A stretch of DNA of 61,452 bases, filler included. It is 4 parts of 4 records of this genome, joined end to end, with 100 filler letters (N's around TTAATTAATTAA, not from the genome) between each part and the next. Parts side by side here need not be neighbours in the genome. Positions count along the whole stretch, not along the records: positions 1 to 12,593 come from DRR378314_2262; 3 more parts are not named here. The stretch is one strand, 5' to 3'. Under the pieces are notes generated by a model that worked only from the letters and a program-made list of their open reading frames with translations, was not told the DNA's origin and searched no databases. Shown here one piece after another: positions 1 through 9,222 of this stretch (the first letter of the stretch is position 1; every line of letters begins with the position of its first letter). Made by a program: the position numbers and the translations under genes.

Positions 1-5
1 GGCCT

Positions 6-29
6 TTCGCGGGCAAGGCCCGCTCCCAC
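6..29 (-). repeat. REP element (GTRG-type), copy 1
   Basis: Minus strand reads GTGGGAGCGGGCCTTGCCCGCGAA: GTGG tetranucleotide plus a GCGGGC/GCCCGC palindrome. Near-identical copies at 12566, 12694 and 24898. Confidence 0.8.
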
Positions 30-62
30 AGGATTCGCCACCCAGAGCCCCCCGCATACCTC

Positions 63-1523
63 CTACAACCAGGTTTCCGCGTACTCGGCCAGCAGTGAGC
101 GCGGCACCCCGTTGAGCTTCACCGAGCCGCCATAGACGAACCCCTTGAAGCGCTCCGTCATATAGGTCAGCCCGGAACTGGTGGGTGACAGATAGGGCGT
201 ATCGATCTGCGCCAGGTTGCCCAGGCACACCACCTTCGAGCCCTCCCCCGCCCGGGTGATGATCGCCTTCATCTGGTGGGGCGTCAGGTTCTGGCTCTCG
301 TCGATCAGGATCAGGGATTTCTGGAAGCTGCGGCCACGGATGTAGTTGAGCGCCTTGAACTGAATATTGGCGCGCTCCTTGACGTACAGAATGCTGCCGG
401 AGGGGTTCTCGTCGTTGAGGTGCAGCGCCTCGATGTTGTCGTTGATGGCGCCCAGCCAGGGGTCCATCTTCTCTTCCTCGGTGCCGGGCAGAAAGCCGTG
501 CTCCTCCGCCAGGGGCGGCGTGGAGCGGGTGGCGATGATCTTGTTGAAGCGCTTCTGCTCCACCGTCATCTCGATGGCCGCCGCCAGCGCCAGGATGGTT
601 TTCCCCGAGCCCGCCGCGCCGGTGAGCGTCACCAGGTGGATATCCGGATCCAGCAACAGTTGCAGCGCCACCGCCTGCTGAATGTTCATCGGCCGCAGGC
701 CCCAGGCCTGCTGCTCCATCAGCGTTTCCGCCTTGTGGTGGCGCAGCGTGACCACGCCGCCCTCGACACTGAGAATGCGGCCGACGAAACCGTGCTCATC
801 GAGTATGTACTGGTTGGGATACACTTCCTCGCCGAGGATATCGCCCACCACCAGGCCGTGGGGCAGCCGGTGCAGGGTTTCCGCGCCCACCTGCTCGGTG
901 TCCACCTCGGTGACCTGATCCCAGAAGGAACCGGGCACTTCGAAGTAGCCGCGCGTGAGCTGCTTGATGTCCGACACCAGCTGGTCGTTGTGGTAGTCCT
1001 CCGAATCGATGCCGCAGGCGCGCGCCTTGAGGCGCATGTTGATGTCCTTGGTCACCAGCACGTAGCGGGTGTCCGGGTCGGCCATCTTCATGGCCATCAC
1101 ATCGTTGATGATGCGGTTGTCGTTGAGGTGGTCGGGCAACGCGGAGCCGCCGGCGCTGCCGCGCGGCATCAGCACGGTGAGCGTGCCCTGGGTGTAGTTG
1201 CCCCGGCCGATGGGGATGCCGGCCTCCACTTCCGCCGGCGTCGCCTGCCCCAGCACCCGGTCGATCTGGCGAATGGCGGCGCGGCAATCCGCGGCGGTGT
1301 GCGACTTGCCGGTTTTCAGGCGGTCCAGTTCCTCCAGTACGGTCATCGGAATCGCCACCCGGTGCTCTTCGAAATTAAGCAACGAGTTGGGATCGTGGAT
1401 CAGAACATTGGTATCAAGAACGTAGGTTTTCGGAGTGGTATCGGGTTGCCCAAAGCGCTGGTCGGATGAGTGGCTGTCGGATGTGGCGGAAACGGAATGC
1501 AAGGTGGCCGCTCGCTCTTCCAT
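63..1523 (-). CDS. PhoH2 / YlaK-type PIN-PhoH ATPase
   Basis: N-terminal PIN motifs (YVLDTNVL, NDNRI, TKDINMR), Walker A GAAGSGKT, and PhoH motifs GFLPG, RGRS, DESQN. Confidence 0.9.
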   Translation of the reverse strand: MEERAATLHSVSATSDSHSSDQRFGQPDTTPKTYVLDTNVLIHDPNSLLNFEEHRVAIPMTVLEELDRLKTGKSHTAADCRAAIRQIDRVLGQATPAEVEAGIPIGRGNYTQGTLTVLMPRGSAGGSALPDHLNDNRIINDVMAMKMADPDTRYVLVTKDINMRLKARACGIDSEDYHNDQLVSDIKQLTRGYFEVPGSFWDQVTEVDTEQVGAETLHRLPHGLVVGDILGEEVYPNQYILDEHGFVGRILSVEGGVVTLRHHKAETLMEQQAWGLRPMNIQQAVALQLLLDPDIHLVTLTGAAGSGKTILALAAAIEMTVEQKRFNKIIATRSTPPLAEEHGFLPGTEEEKMDPWLGAINDNIEALHLNDENPSGSILYVKERANIQFKALNYIRGRSFQKSLILIDESQNLTPHQMKAIITRAGEGSKVVCLGNLAQIDTPYLSPTSSGLTYMTERFKGFVYGGSVKLNGVPRSLLAEYAETWL

Positions 1524-1735
1524 GCGTATCCCCTATTTGCGTGACGTTAGGGCGGCGGGATACGGGCACGAGAGTGACGCCTGCTCCTGCCGCCGTTTAC
1601 AGTGCTACCGGCGGTTGCTGGTTAGCTTTCAGCTTCGGATCGCGATCACTCCCGCAAGGGCGGGATGTAAATTACCATAACCCAGCTTTTCAGACCTGAC
1701 AACGAGAGTCGTCAACGAATTAACGAGAGATCGTC

Positions 1736-2197
1736 ATGCCATTGGAACATCCCGAAGTCCGTATGCCGCCACCCCTCCTCCACCTGGGCGGCCTGCTGGT
1801 CGGCTACGGCCTGGATCAGGCGCTGAACTGGTCGCTGCCGGCATTTGCCGGCCGCCAGGGCATTGCCGCCACCCTGGCGCTGATCGCGATCGCGGTGTTG
1901 CTCACTGCCCTGCTGCAATTGGCGCGCGCCCGTACCACGGTGATGCCGCACCGCGCCGCCCGGACGCTGATCACCGGCGGTGTGTTCCGGCTCAGCCGCA
2001 ATCCGATTTATCTGGCGTTCGCGCTGCTGCATCTGGCCTGCGCGCTGAGCCTGGGCAGCCCGGGCATGCTGCTGATGCTGGTGGCGGTGCTGTGGGTTAT
2101 GCATAGCCACGTGATCGCCGCGGAAGAAGCTTTTCACGCGCAGCGGTTCGGGGCGCAGTGGCAAGCGTATCGGCAACGGGTGCGGCGCTGGCTTTAG
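1736..2197 (+). CDS. Isoprenylcysteine carboxyl methyltransferase (ICMT/PEMT)-family membrane protein
   Basis: Hydrophobic 153 aa with LITGGVFRLSRNPIY and EE..F G..W..Y..RVRRWL family motifs. Confidence 0.85.
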   Translation: MPLEHPEVRMPPPLLHLGGLLVGYGLDQALNWSLPAFAGRQGIAATLALIAIAVLLTALLQLARARTTVMPHRAARTLITGGVFRLSRNPIYLAFALLHLACALSLGSPGMLLMLVAVLWVMHSHVIAAEEAFHAQRFGAQWQAYRQRVRRWL

Positions 2198-2813
2198 GCG
2201 GCTCGGTGGCCGGCCCGCGCCGGCCCCGTTTAAGGAATTGCGGCGGCAGCAGGGTGCCGTCGAGCAGGGTCAGGCGGGTGGAGCCGAAGTGCCCGGGCAC
2301 GAAACCGCTGACCCGCACATCCCGGGGCAGCCAGCCCAGCCGCCGGTAGAACTCGGCGACCAGCTCGGAACAGAACCAGCCGCGCCGGTCCGGCGGACGG
2401 GTGAAGCCGGTGAGCAGGTCCCGAACATTGCACCAGAGGTAGTTCTTATAGGGACGGTGCAGCAGGCGCGCCACCAGGCGCCGGGCGAGTCGCTGGCGGG
2501 CCTCGCTGAGCGGCGGGCCGAGGCGGCGGCGCACCGCCACGTCACCGGCGTAGTTGGCCAGCTTGCGCGCCAGGGGCACCAGGGTGACGCCCGCCACCGG
2601 CCGGCCCAGATGCAGGTCGGCGGAATCGCCGCCGCCGGCGGCTTCCAGCACCAGCGGCTCGGGGTAGCCGGGCAGCCGCACCACCAGACCGATGTGGCTC
2701 CAGGGGCTGCGGGTGAAAACACGAATCACCGAACTGGTCGGCCCCCGTCCGGAAAACAGCAACACATCGCCGGTTTCCAGGGATAACAGATTCAGGTCTT
2801 GGACATCGGTCAC
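2097..2813 (-). CDS. Permuted papain-like amidase (YiiX/YaeF, NlpC/P60 superfamily)
   Basis: GDVLLF, WSHIGL (His) and WFCSELVA (Cys) appear in the permuted order. The 3' end overlaps the convergent ICMT gene by about 100 nt. Confidence 0.8.
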   Translation of the reverse strand: MTDVQDLNLLSLETGDVLLFSGRGPTSSVIRVFTRSPWSHIGLVVRLPGYPEPLVLEAAGGGDSADLHLGRPVAGVTLVPLARKLANYAGDVAVRRRLGPPLSEARQRLARRLVARLLHRPYKNYLWCNVRDLLTGFTRPPDRRGWFCSELVAEFYRRLGWLPRDVRVSGFVPGHFGSTRLTLLDGTLLPPQFLKRGRRGPATEPPKASAAPVADTLATAPRTAAREKLLPRRSRGYA

Positions 2814-2859
2814 GTCAGCGGTCCGCAGGCCAGGCTCGAGGCAAGCCTGACCGGCCCGG

Positions 2860-2940
2860 GTGACAGTGCGCTGACAGTTTGATCACGCTTGCGTGACCTT
2901 CGCGCCGCCAGAGGATTGTCATAAAACCGTGACAGTGCGC
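2860..2940. promoter_or_regulatory. Divergent promoter region with Pho-box-like 7-4-7 direct repeats on each strand
   Basis: Minus strand 2860-2877 reads CTGTCAG-cgca-CTGTCAC. Plus strand 2916-2933 reads TTGTCAT-aaaa-CCGTGAC. GTGACAGTGCGC occurs twice (2860 and 2929). Confidence 0.45.
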
Positions 2941-2974
2941 CGTTAGTCTGGACGTTCCGACACCGGCCGGACCT

Positions 2975-4024
2975 ATGGAACAACACCTCTACCAGCTACA
3001 ACGCCACCTGCCCGAGCAACTGCATCTGGACAACCTGATACGCCTGGGGGAACGGCACCTGCGCGTGACCGAGGTGCTGACGGTGCCGCAGGGCGACCTG
3101 CGCCTGCCGGTGCGGGTGATCGAGATGGGCAGCCAGGCCGCCGGGGCACCGGCGATCGGCTTCTTCGGCGGCGTGCACGGCGTGGAACGGATCGGCACCC
3201 AGGTGATTCTGTCCTGGCTGCACAGCCTGATTCACCGCCTGCAGTGGGACGACCAGCTGCACCGGCGCCTGGAGCATATCCGCCTGGTGTTCATGCCGAT
3301 GGTCAACCCGGGCGGCGTCTGGCGGCGCACCCGCAGCAACCCCAACGGCGTCGACCTGATGCGCAACGCCCCGGTGGAGGCGGACGGCCGGGTGTCGTTC
3401 CTGGTCGGCGGTCAGCGCCTCAGCCGGCACCTGCCCTGGTTCCGGGGCCGCGCCGGCGACCCCATGGAAGCGGAAGCGCAGGCGCTGGTCCGGGTGGTGG
3501 AAGAAAAGCTGCTGCGCGCGCCGGTATCGCTGAGCCTGGACTGCCACAGCGGCTTCGGCCGGCGCGACCGCATCTGGTGCAGCTACGCGCGCACCCACCA
3601 GCCGATCGCCCACCTGGCCGAGGTGTACCGGCTCAAGCAGGTGCTGGAGGCCACCTACCCGCACCACCACCCCTATCTGATCGAGCCCCAGTCCCTGAAC
3701 TACACGACCCACGGCGACCTCTGGGACTATCTCTACGACCGCGCCCGCGAACACCACCCGGAAAAGATGTTCCTGCCGTTCACCCTGGAAATGGGCTCCT
3801 GGCTGTGGGTGCGCAAGAACCCCCGCCAGATGCTGGATTTCTTCGGCTTCTTCAATCCGGTGATCGGCCACCGCCATCACCGCGTGCTGCGCCAGCATCT
3901 GCCCCTGCTGGAATTTCTCACCGCGCTCACCGCCAACGCCGGCAACTGGCTGCCCACCGGCCCACGCCGCGACGCACTGACCCGCGAGGCGATCCGCCAC
4001 TGGTTCGGCGGCGACCCGACCTAG
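2975..4024 (+). CDS. M14-family zinc carboxypeptidase/deacylase (DUF2817-like)
   Basis: GVHGVE (HxxE), NPGG, RSNPNGVDLMRN, LDCHSG, and catalytic Glu in FTLEMG. Confidence 0.85.
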   Translation: MEQHLYQLQRHLPEQLHLDNLIRLGERHLRVTEVLTVPQGDLRLPVRVIEMGSQAAGAPAIGFFGGVHGVERIGTQVILSWLHSLIHRLQWDDQLHRRLEHIRLVFMPMVNPGGVWRRTRSNPNGVDLMRNAPVEADGRVSFLVGGQRLSRHLPWFRGRAGDPMEAEAQALVRVVEEKLLRAPVSLSLDCHSGFGRRDRIWCSYARTHQPIAHLAEVYRLKQVLEATYPHHHPYLIEPQSLNYTTHGDLWDYLYDRAREHHPEKMFLPFTLEMGSWLWVRKNPRQMLDFFGFFNPVIGHRHHRVLRQHLPLLEFLTALTANAGNWLPTGPRRDALTREAIRHWFGGDPT

Positions 4025-4087
4025 TCCTCTGGTGGTCCTATTCTTGCAGCCCTACACTGGCGATATTCATTCAGAGGACCTTCGATT

Positions 4088-4561
4088 ATGAAAAAAACGC
4101 TGTTGCTCCTGCCCGCCCTGATGCTGGCGGGCTGCCAGATGCTCAACTACCAGGAACCCACCGGCGAGGACACCGCCGCCGTGGTGTTCACCGGCAACGA
4201 GGCCGCCCAGCCAGTGGTGTGCGTGCCCGGCCGCGGCTTCAAGGACACCAAGATATCCCTGGCGGTGAAGCCCTGGGACACCAACGCCTTCGATGAACTG
4301 TTCAGCGCCATGAAAAAAGCCGAGCAGGTGCCGGTGACGGTGGCCGCCGACGGCCAGGCCCGCATCGGCGTGGTCTACAACGAACGCGACACCGACATGC
4401 GCCGCAACCACTGCCGGGTGGCCGTGCAGTTCAACGCCCAAGCGGGGGCCCGCTACCTGGCCCACTTCACCCGCAACGACGCCGGCCAGTGCGGCCTGGA
4501 AGTACGCGGCGAGGAAGGCGTGCAGGCCGACGCGGTGCCGGTGGACTGGGACTGCCCCTGA
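4088..4561 (+). CDS. Uncharacterised lipoprotein
   Basis: Lipobox signal MKK-hydrophobic-LAGC, with four further Cys. Confidence 0.75.
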   Translation: MKKTLLLLPALMLAGCQMLNYQEPTGEDTAAVVFTGNEAAQPVVCVPGRGFKDTKISLAVKPWDTNAFDELFSAMKKAEQVPVTVAADGQARIGVVYNERDTDMRRNHCRVAVQFNAQAGARYLAHFTRNDAGQCGLEVRGEEGVQADAVPVDWDCP

Positions 4562-4565
4562 TAAA

Positions 4566-4702
4566 AGCGCCGTTTTGGTGCAAGGCACTAAAACAGCGCA
4601 CAGCCGCCGGGCCCTTTACCGGCTTTACCCCGACCCTCTTTTCGCCTCTCCCCCTAAACCCCTGAAAAATCAGGGGTTTTTATTTTTGGCACGCTCCCTG
4701 CT
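4566..4702 (+). promoter_or_regulatory. Tandem NtrC-like sites and sigma54 -24/-12 promoter
   Basis: AGCGCCGTTTTGGTGCA (4566-4582) and GGCACTAAAACAGCGCA (4584-4600) resemble TGCACCA-N3-TGGTGCA. TGGCACGCTCCCTGCT (4687-4702) has exact GG-N10-GC spacing. Confidence 0.7.
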
Positions 4703-4785
4703 TTATACCGATACGAGCCTCCCAGGCCGGTGCGCCAGGAGCGCACAAACCACAGAACATTTGTTATTTGCAAAGAGGGTTGCAC

Positions 4786-5475
4786 ATGAAACACGTATCT
4801 GGGATCAAAAAGACCGTTCTGGCCGCCAGCGTGGCCGCCACCATGGCAGCAGGCCTGGCCGCTCCTTCCATCGCAGTGGCCGAAATCAGCGGCACCGCCG
4901 GTGTCTCCAACATGTACTTCTGGCGTGGTGTGGATCTGACCGAGGGTAACGCCCAGGTGTTCGGTAGCCTGGACTATGCTCACAGCACGGGGCTTTACGC
5001 CGGTGTCTGGGGCAGCTCTGAAATCGGCGGCAGCGAGTACGACCTGTACGCCGGCTACGCCGGTTCCCTGGGTGATTTCAGCTACGACATCGCCTACGTG
5101 GACTACAACTATCCGAACTCCAGCACCTACACCCAGGACGAATATCGCGATTTCCAGGAAGTGATCCTCAACCTGGGCTTCGCCGGCTTCAGCGCCGCGG
5201 GTTACTTCGGTGTGGGTGACTACGGCCGCGGCGACGATTCCGTGGACAACGAAGACAACTACTACACCCTGGGTTACAGCTACGACAAATACGGCGTCAC
5301 CGTCGGTACCTGGGACTTCGAAGCCGATGACAGCAACTACACCCACGTTGATCTGAGCTACGCGCTTACCGATGAACTCGGGTTCACGGTCTCCAAGATC
5401 GTTGATTCCGAAGCCGGCAACATGGACGACAACGACGACACCCTGTTCGTCGTGACCTACGCCCTGTCGTTCTAA
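4786..5475 (+). CDS. TorF-family (TIGR02001/Gcw_chp) putative outer-membrane porin
   Basis: Signal peptide, SNMYFWRG, GLYAGVWGS, EYDLYAGY, and C-terminal Phe. Start ATG follows GAGG. Confidence 0.85.
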   Translation: MKHVSGIKKTVLAASVAATMAAGLAAPSIAVAEISGTAGVSNMYFWRGVDLTEGNAQVFGSLDYAHSTGLYAGVWGSSEIGGSEYDLYAGYAGSLGDFSYDIAYVDYNYPNSSTYTQDEYRDFQEVILNLGFAGFSAAGYFGVGDYGRGDDSVDNEDNYYTLGYSYDKYGVTVGTWDFEADDSNYTHVDLSYALTDELGFTVSKIVDSEAGNMDDNDDTLFVVTYALSF

Positions 5476-5490
5476 GAGCGTCAAGAACAC

Positions 5491-5582
5491 GGGGCGGGAT
5501 TCTCCCCCCGCCCCTTATTTTCACACCGTGGGGCCCTCCCTGGTCCTCGCTGGAAACGCAAGCAGGCCCCACGGTGTTTTTT
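5491..5582 (+). terminator. Two hairpins / intrinsic terminator between convergent genes
   Basis: GGGGCGGG...CCCGCCCC-TTATTTT, then ACACCGTGGGG...CCCCACGGTGT followed by a T run. Confidence 0.6.
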
Positions 5583-5596
5583 ACGCGAGTCCCCGC

Positions 5597-6550
5597 CTAC
5601 TCAAAGTACGTCACCAGACCATCATGGTCGGACACCACCTCGCTACCGTCACTGCCGTAAAGGCGATCGTAGCGCCCGGCATTGCCCCGGCTCACCGCCA
5701 CACCCTGTAACTCCGCCTTGAGCGCCTCCGACAACCAGACGTAATCCAGCGTCTGCGGCCGGCAACGGTGGCGGTAACTGTAGCGCTCCGCGCTTTTCAC
5801 ACGGTCCCAGCTGTTATAGAGCCCGCTCGCCGCCATCACCGTCAGCGGCTCGCTGAAGGCGCCGCTGTCCGGCGCGCTGTTGAAGTCGCCGACCACCGCC
5901 AGGGCGGTGTCGCTTCGGGCCCGGGACCACTCGGCCAGCCGTGCCGCCTGGCGGCGCCGCTTCTCCGCCACCCAGGGTTTCTCGCCGAGGCCGTTGGCGC
6001 TGCGCAGATGCACGATCACCAGGGTCAGCTCGCGGGGCGCGGTCAGGGAGACCGCCAGCGGCGGGCGGCTGAACAGCGGCTGGCCCCGGAAGCGCTGGTC
6101 GGCGAACAGGGCGCGGACGCCGCCGACTTGCGCCGGGGCCCGGTGCAGCAGTGCCACATCCATGCCGGCCGGGTCGTGGCCTTCCAGCAGCCGCGCCCGG
6201 TAACGCGGCCCGCCTTGCGCGGTGACCCGCTCGGCGAGCTGCTCGAGGATGGCGATGTTCTCCACCTCCTGCACCGCCAGCAGCACCGGCGCCTTGAGGG
6301 TGTCGACGATATAGCCGGCCAGGGCGTCCAGGCGCGCCTGATAGACGGCGTCGTCCAGGGGGCGGTCGATGGGGCTGTTCTTTTCGGTGTCGCGCAGGCG
6401 CCAGAGGTTGAAGGTGGCCAGGCTCCATTGCCCGTCGGCGGCGGTGGGCACCGCCCGGGGCGCGGCCAGATCCCGGCAGTCGGCGCCCGCCGGCCCGGCG
6501 GCGAGAGCGCCGAGCAGCAGCCAGAGCGCGGCGCCGCGACCGGAGGTCAC
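5597..6550 (-). CDS. Secreted endonuclease/exonuclease/phosphatase (EEP) family protein
   Basis: Signal peptide from a probable GTG at 6550. Motifs ATFNL, QEVEN, GDFNS, LDY and SDH. Confidence 0.8.
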   Translation of the reverse strand: MTSGRGAALWLLLGALAAGPAGADCRDLAAPRAVPTAADGQWSLATFNLWRLRDTEKNSPIDRPLDDAVYQARLDALAGYIVDTLKAPVLLAVQEVENIAILEQLAERVTAQGGPRYRARLLEGHDPAGMDVALLHRAPAQVGGVRALFADQRFRGQPLFSRPPLAVSLTAPRELTLVIVHLRSANGLGEKPWVAEKRRRQAARLAEWSRARSDTALAVVGDFNSAPDSGAFSEPLTVMAASGLYNSWDRVKSAERYSYRHRCRPQTLDYVWLSEALKAELQGVAVSRGNAGRYDRLYGSDGSEVVSDHDGLVTYFE

Positions 6551-6554
6551 CCGT

Positions 6555-7001
6555 TCAGGGGGCGTTATGACGCACCGGGAAATCGGTGCAGAGGTCGTCA
6601 TGGTTGGCGAAGGTGAGGCACACCTCCACGCTTTCGCCGGCCTCGGGCACCTGGCTCAGCTTCATCAGCATCAGATGCTTGCCGCCGGGGGCGAAGCGCA
6701 CCCGGTCGCCGGGATCCAGGCGGACGCGGTCCAGGTGCACCATACGCCGCTGGCCGTCCTCGCCGGTGCGGCTGTCGTGCAGCATGGCGCCGCCGGCGAA
6801 GTCCACGTCCGCGCCTTCCAGCTTCACCACCCGGTCGCCGCGATTGCGGAGCTCGAAATAGCCGGCCATGGTCGGCGACACCGGCGGCACCGCGCGCAAC
6901 CAGGCGCCGCTGATTTCCAGATCGCCGGCGGCGGCCGGCGTCGCCGACAGCGCCAGCAGGGCCGCCAGGGCCACGGGCTTAAAGAAGGCTTTGAACATCA
7001 T
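6555..7001 (-). CDS. Copper chaperone PCu(A)C
   Basis: Signal peptide, AWLRA, MLH...RM, FAPGGKHLML. Confidence 0.9.
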   Translation of the reverse strand: MMFKAFFKPVALAALLALSATPAAAGDLEISGAWLRAVPPVSPTMAGYFELRNRGDRVVKLEGADVDFAGGAMLHDSRTGEDGQRRMVHLDRVRLDPGDRVRFAPGGKHLMLMKLSQVPEAGESVEVCLTFANHDDLCTDFPVRHNAP

Positions 7002-7557
7002 TGACCACCTCGTCGATGTCGAAATCCGCCGGGTAGAGCTTGCGCACCCGGCCCTGCCGATCCAGCAGGTAAATATAATCACTGTGGGTGAAGTCGTAGG
7101 CCTCATCCTGGCCGTCCGTCTTCAGGAATACCACCCCGTACTGCTCCGCCACCGCCTCGATCTCGGCCACGCTGCCGGTGAGGCCGATGATGTCGGCCTT
7201 GAACCAAGGCAGGTATTCGCGCAGATGGGCCGGGGTGTCCCGCTCCGGGTCGAAGGTGATGAACACCGGCTGCACCGGCCCGGCGTCGCCCTGCTCGTCC
7301 AGATTGCGGTAGGCCTGGGCCACCCGCGCCAGCACCGCCGGGCAGATGTCCGGGCAGTGGGTGTAGCCGAAGAACAGAATCACCACCCGGCCTTCCAGGG
7401 ACGACAGCCGGAACGGCTCGCCATTGTGATCGGTGAGTGTGAAATCACCGCCAAGGCGGGTGTTCACCGGCAGATCGCTGCCCGGGTCGTCCCCGCAGCC
7501 GGCCAGGGTCAGGGCCGCCAGCAGCAGCGCCAGCCCGATTCGAATCCTCGTTTTCAT
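6979..7557 (-). CDS. SCO1/SenC-family lipoprotein
   Basis: LAGC lipobox, FGYTHCPDICP, DPERDT, and conserved His in FTHS. Start at MKTRIR. Confidence 0.9.
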   Translation of the reverse strand: MKTRIRIGLALLLAALTLAGCGDDPGSDLPVNTRLGGDFTLTDHNGEPFRLSSLEGRVVILFFGYTHCPDICPAVLARVAQAYRNLDEQGDAGPVQPVFITFDPERDTPAHLREYLPWFKADIIGLTGSVAEIEAVAEQYGVVFLKTDGQDEAYDFTHSDYIYLLDRQGRVRKLYPADFDIDEVVNDVQSLL

Positions 7558-7781
7558 CCTCTCTCCCGCGCGCCGCGCGCGCCTTGAAAACCGCGCCGGG
7601 GCGCGAACGGCGCCGATCATAGCGTTTCGGGGCCGCCGCTCCCAGCCCGCCGGGCGCGGCGATTCGCCGCGCCCGGCCGCGCCGGTGTCCAGGGGCGCTT
7701 TGCGGCGGTATAATTCGCGCCCGCCACATTTCCAACAGATAGGGCCGGCCGCGCGCAACGCCGCCCCAGAGGTCACGATCC

Positions 7782-9116
7782 ATGGCACGCAAGCTCTTTA
7801 TCCAGACCCACGGCTGCCAGATGAACGAGTACGACTCCACCCGCATGGTCGATCTGCTGGAGTCCACCCACAATCTGGAACCCACGGACAATCCGGAAGA
7901 CGCGGATGTGCTGCTGCTCAACACCTGCTCGATCCGCGAAAAAGCGCAGGAGAAGGTGTTCCACCAGCTGGGCCGCTGGAAGCGCCTCAAGGAGCGCAAC
8001 CCGGAGCTGATCATCGGCGTCGGCGGCTGCGTGGCCAGCCAGGAAGGCGAGGCGATCCGCGAGCGCGCCCCCTATGTGGACGTGGTGTTCGGCCCCCAGA
8101 CCCTGCACCGCCTGCCGGGCCTGATCACCCAGGCGGCCAGCACCCGCTCGCTGGCCATCGATGTGACCTTCCCGGAAATCGAAAAGTTCGACAACCTGCC
8201 CGAGCCCAGCGTGGACGGCCCCAGCGCCTTCGTGTCGATCATGGAAGGCTGCTCCAAGTACTGCACCTTCTGCGTGGTGCCCTACACCCGGGGCGAGGAA
8301 GTGAGCCGCCCGGTGCAGCCGGTGCTGGATGAGATCCGCCACCTGGCGGACATGGGCGTGCGCGAAATCAACCTGCTGGGCCAGAACGTGAACGCCTACC
8401 GGGGCCAGGGCGCCGGCGGCGAGACGCTGGATCTGGCCGACCTGATTCTGCTGATCCGCGATATCGACGGCATCGACCGCATCCGCTACACCACCAGCCA
8501 CCCGGTGGAGTTCTCCGACGCCCTGATCCAGGTGTACGAGGAAGTGCCGGAGCTGGTCAGCCATCTGCACCTGCCGGTGCAGTCCGGCTCCGACCGCATC
8601 CTGGCGATGATGAAGCGCAACCACACGGTGCTGGAGTACAAGTCCAAGCTGCGCAAGTTACGCCGCATCCGCCCGGATATTTCCTACAGCTCCGACTTTA
8701 TCATCGGCTTCCCCGGCGAAACCGACGCCGACTTCGAGGCCACCATGAACCTGATCGGCGATATCGGCTTCGACACCTCGTTCAGCTTTATCTACAGCGC
8801 CCGCCCGGGCACCCCGGCGGCGGAGCTGCCCGACGACGTGCCGCTGGCGGTGAAGAAGGAGCGCCTGCGCATCCTGCAGCAGCGCCTCAGCCAGAACGCC
8901 CAGGACATCTCCCGCAAGATGGTGGGCAGCACCCAGCGCATCCTGGTGGACGGCTTCTCCAAGAAGGATCCGGGCCAGCTCAAGGGCCGCACCGAGAACA
9001 ACCGGGTGGTCAACTTCGCCTGCGACGACATCGACCTGATCGGTGATTTCGTCGACGTGGAGATCGTCGAGGCGCTGCCCAACTCCCTGCGCGGCGGCTT
9101 GCCCGTCACGGCCTGA
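7782..9116 (+). CDS. miaB: tRNA-2-methylthio-N6-dimethylallyladenosine synthase
   Basis: [18 protein letters not shown], radical-SAM CSKYCTFC, and a C-terminal TRAM domain. Confidence 0.97.
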   Translation: MARKLFIQTHGCQMNEYDSTRMVDLLESTHNLEPTDNPEDADVLLLNTCSIREKAQEKVFHQLGRWKRLKERNPELIIGVGGCVASQEGEAIRERAPYVDVVFGPQTLHRLPGLITQAASTRSLAIDVTFPEIEKFDNLPEPSVDGPSAFVSIMEGCSKYCTFCVVPYTRGEEVSRPVQPVLDEIRHLADMGVREINLLGQNVNAYRGQGAGGETLDLADLILLIRDIDGIDRIRYTTSHPVEFSDALIQVYEEVPELVSHLHLPVQSGSDRILAMMKRNHTVLEYKSKLRKLRRIRPDISYSSDFIIGFPGETDADFEATMNLIGDIGFDTSFSFIYSARPGTPAAELPDDVPLAVKKERLRILQQRLSQNAQDISRKMVGSTQRILVDGFSKKDPGQLKGRTENNRVVNFACDDIDLIGDFVDVEIVEALPNSLRGGLPVTA

Positions 9117-9222
9117 TATTCATATTGAAATTCAAAATCAGTCTAGGCGGCCTGTTTCATTAAACATTCGGTTATATAAACTAGGTCGCCTCATTGGCTT
9201 CGACGTTTAAGGAATAACGGAC

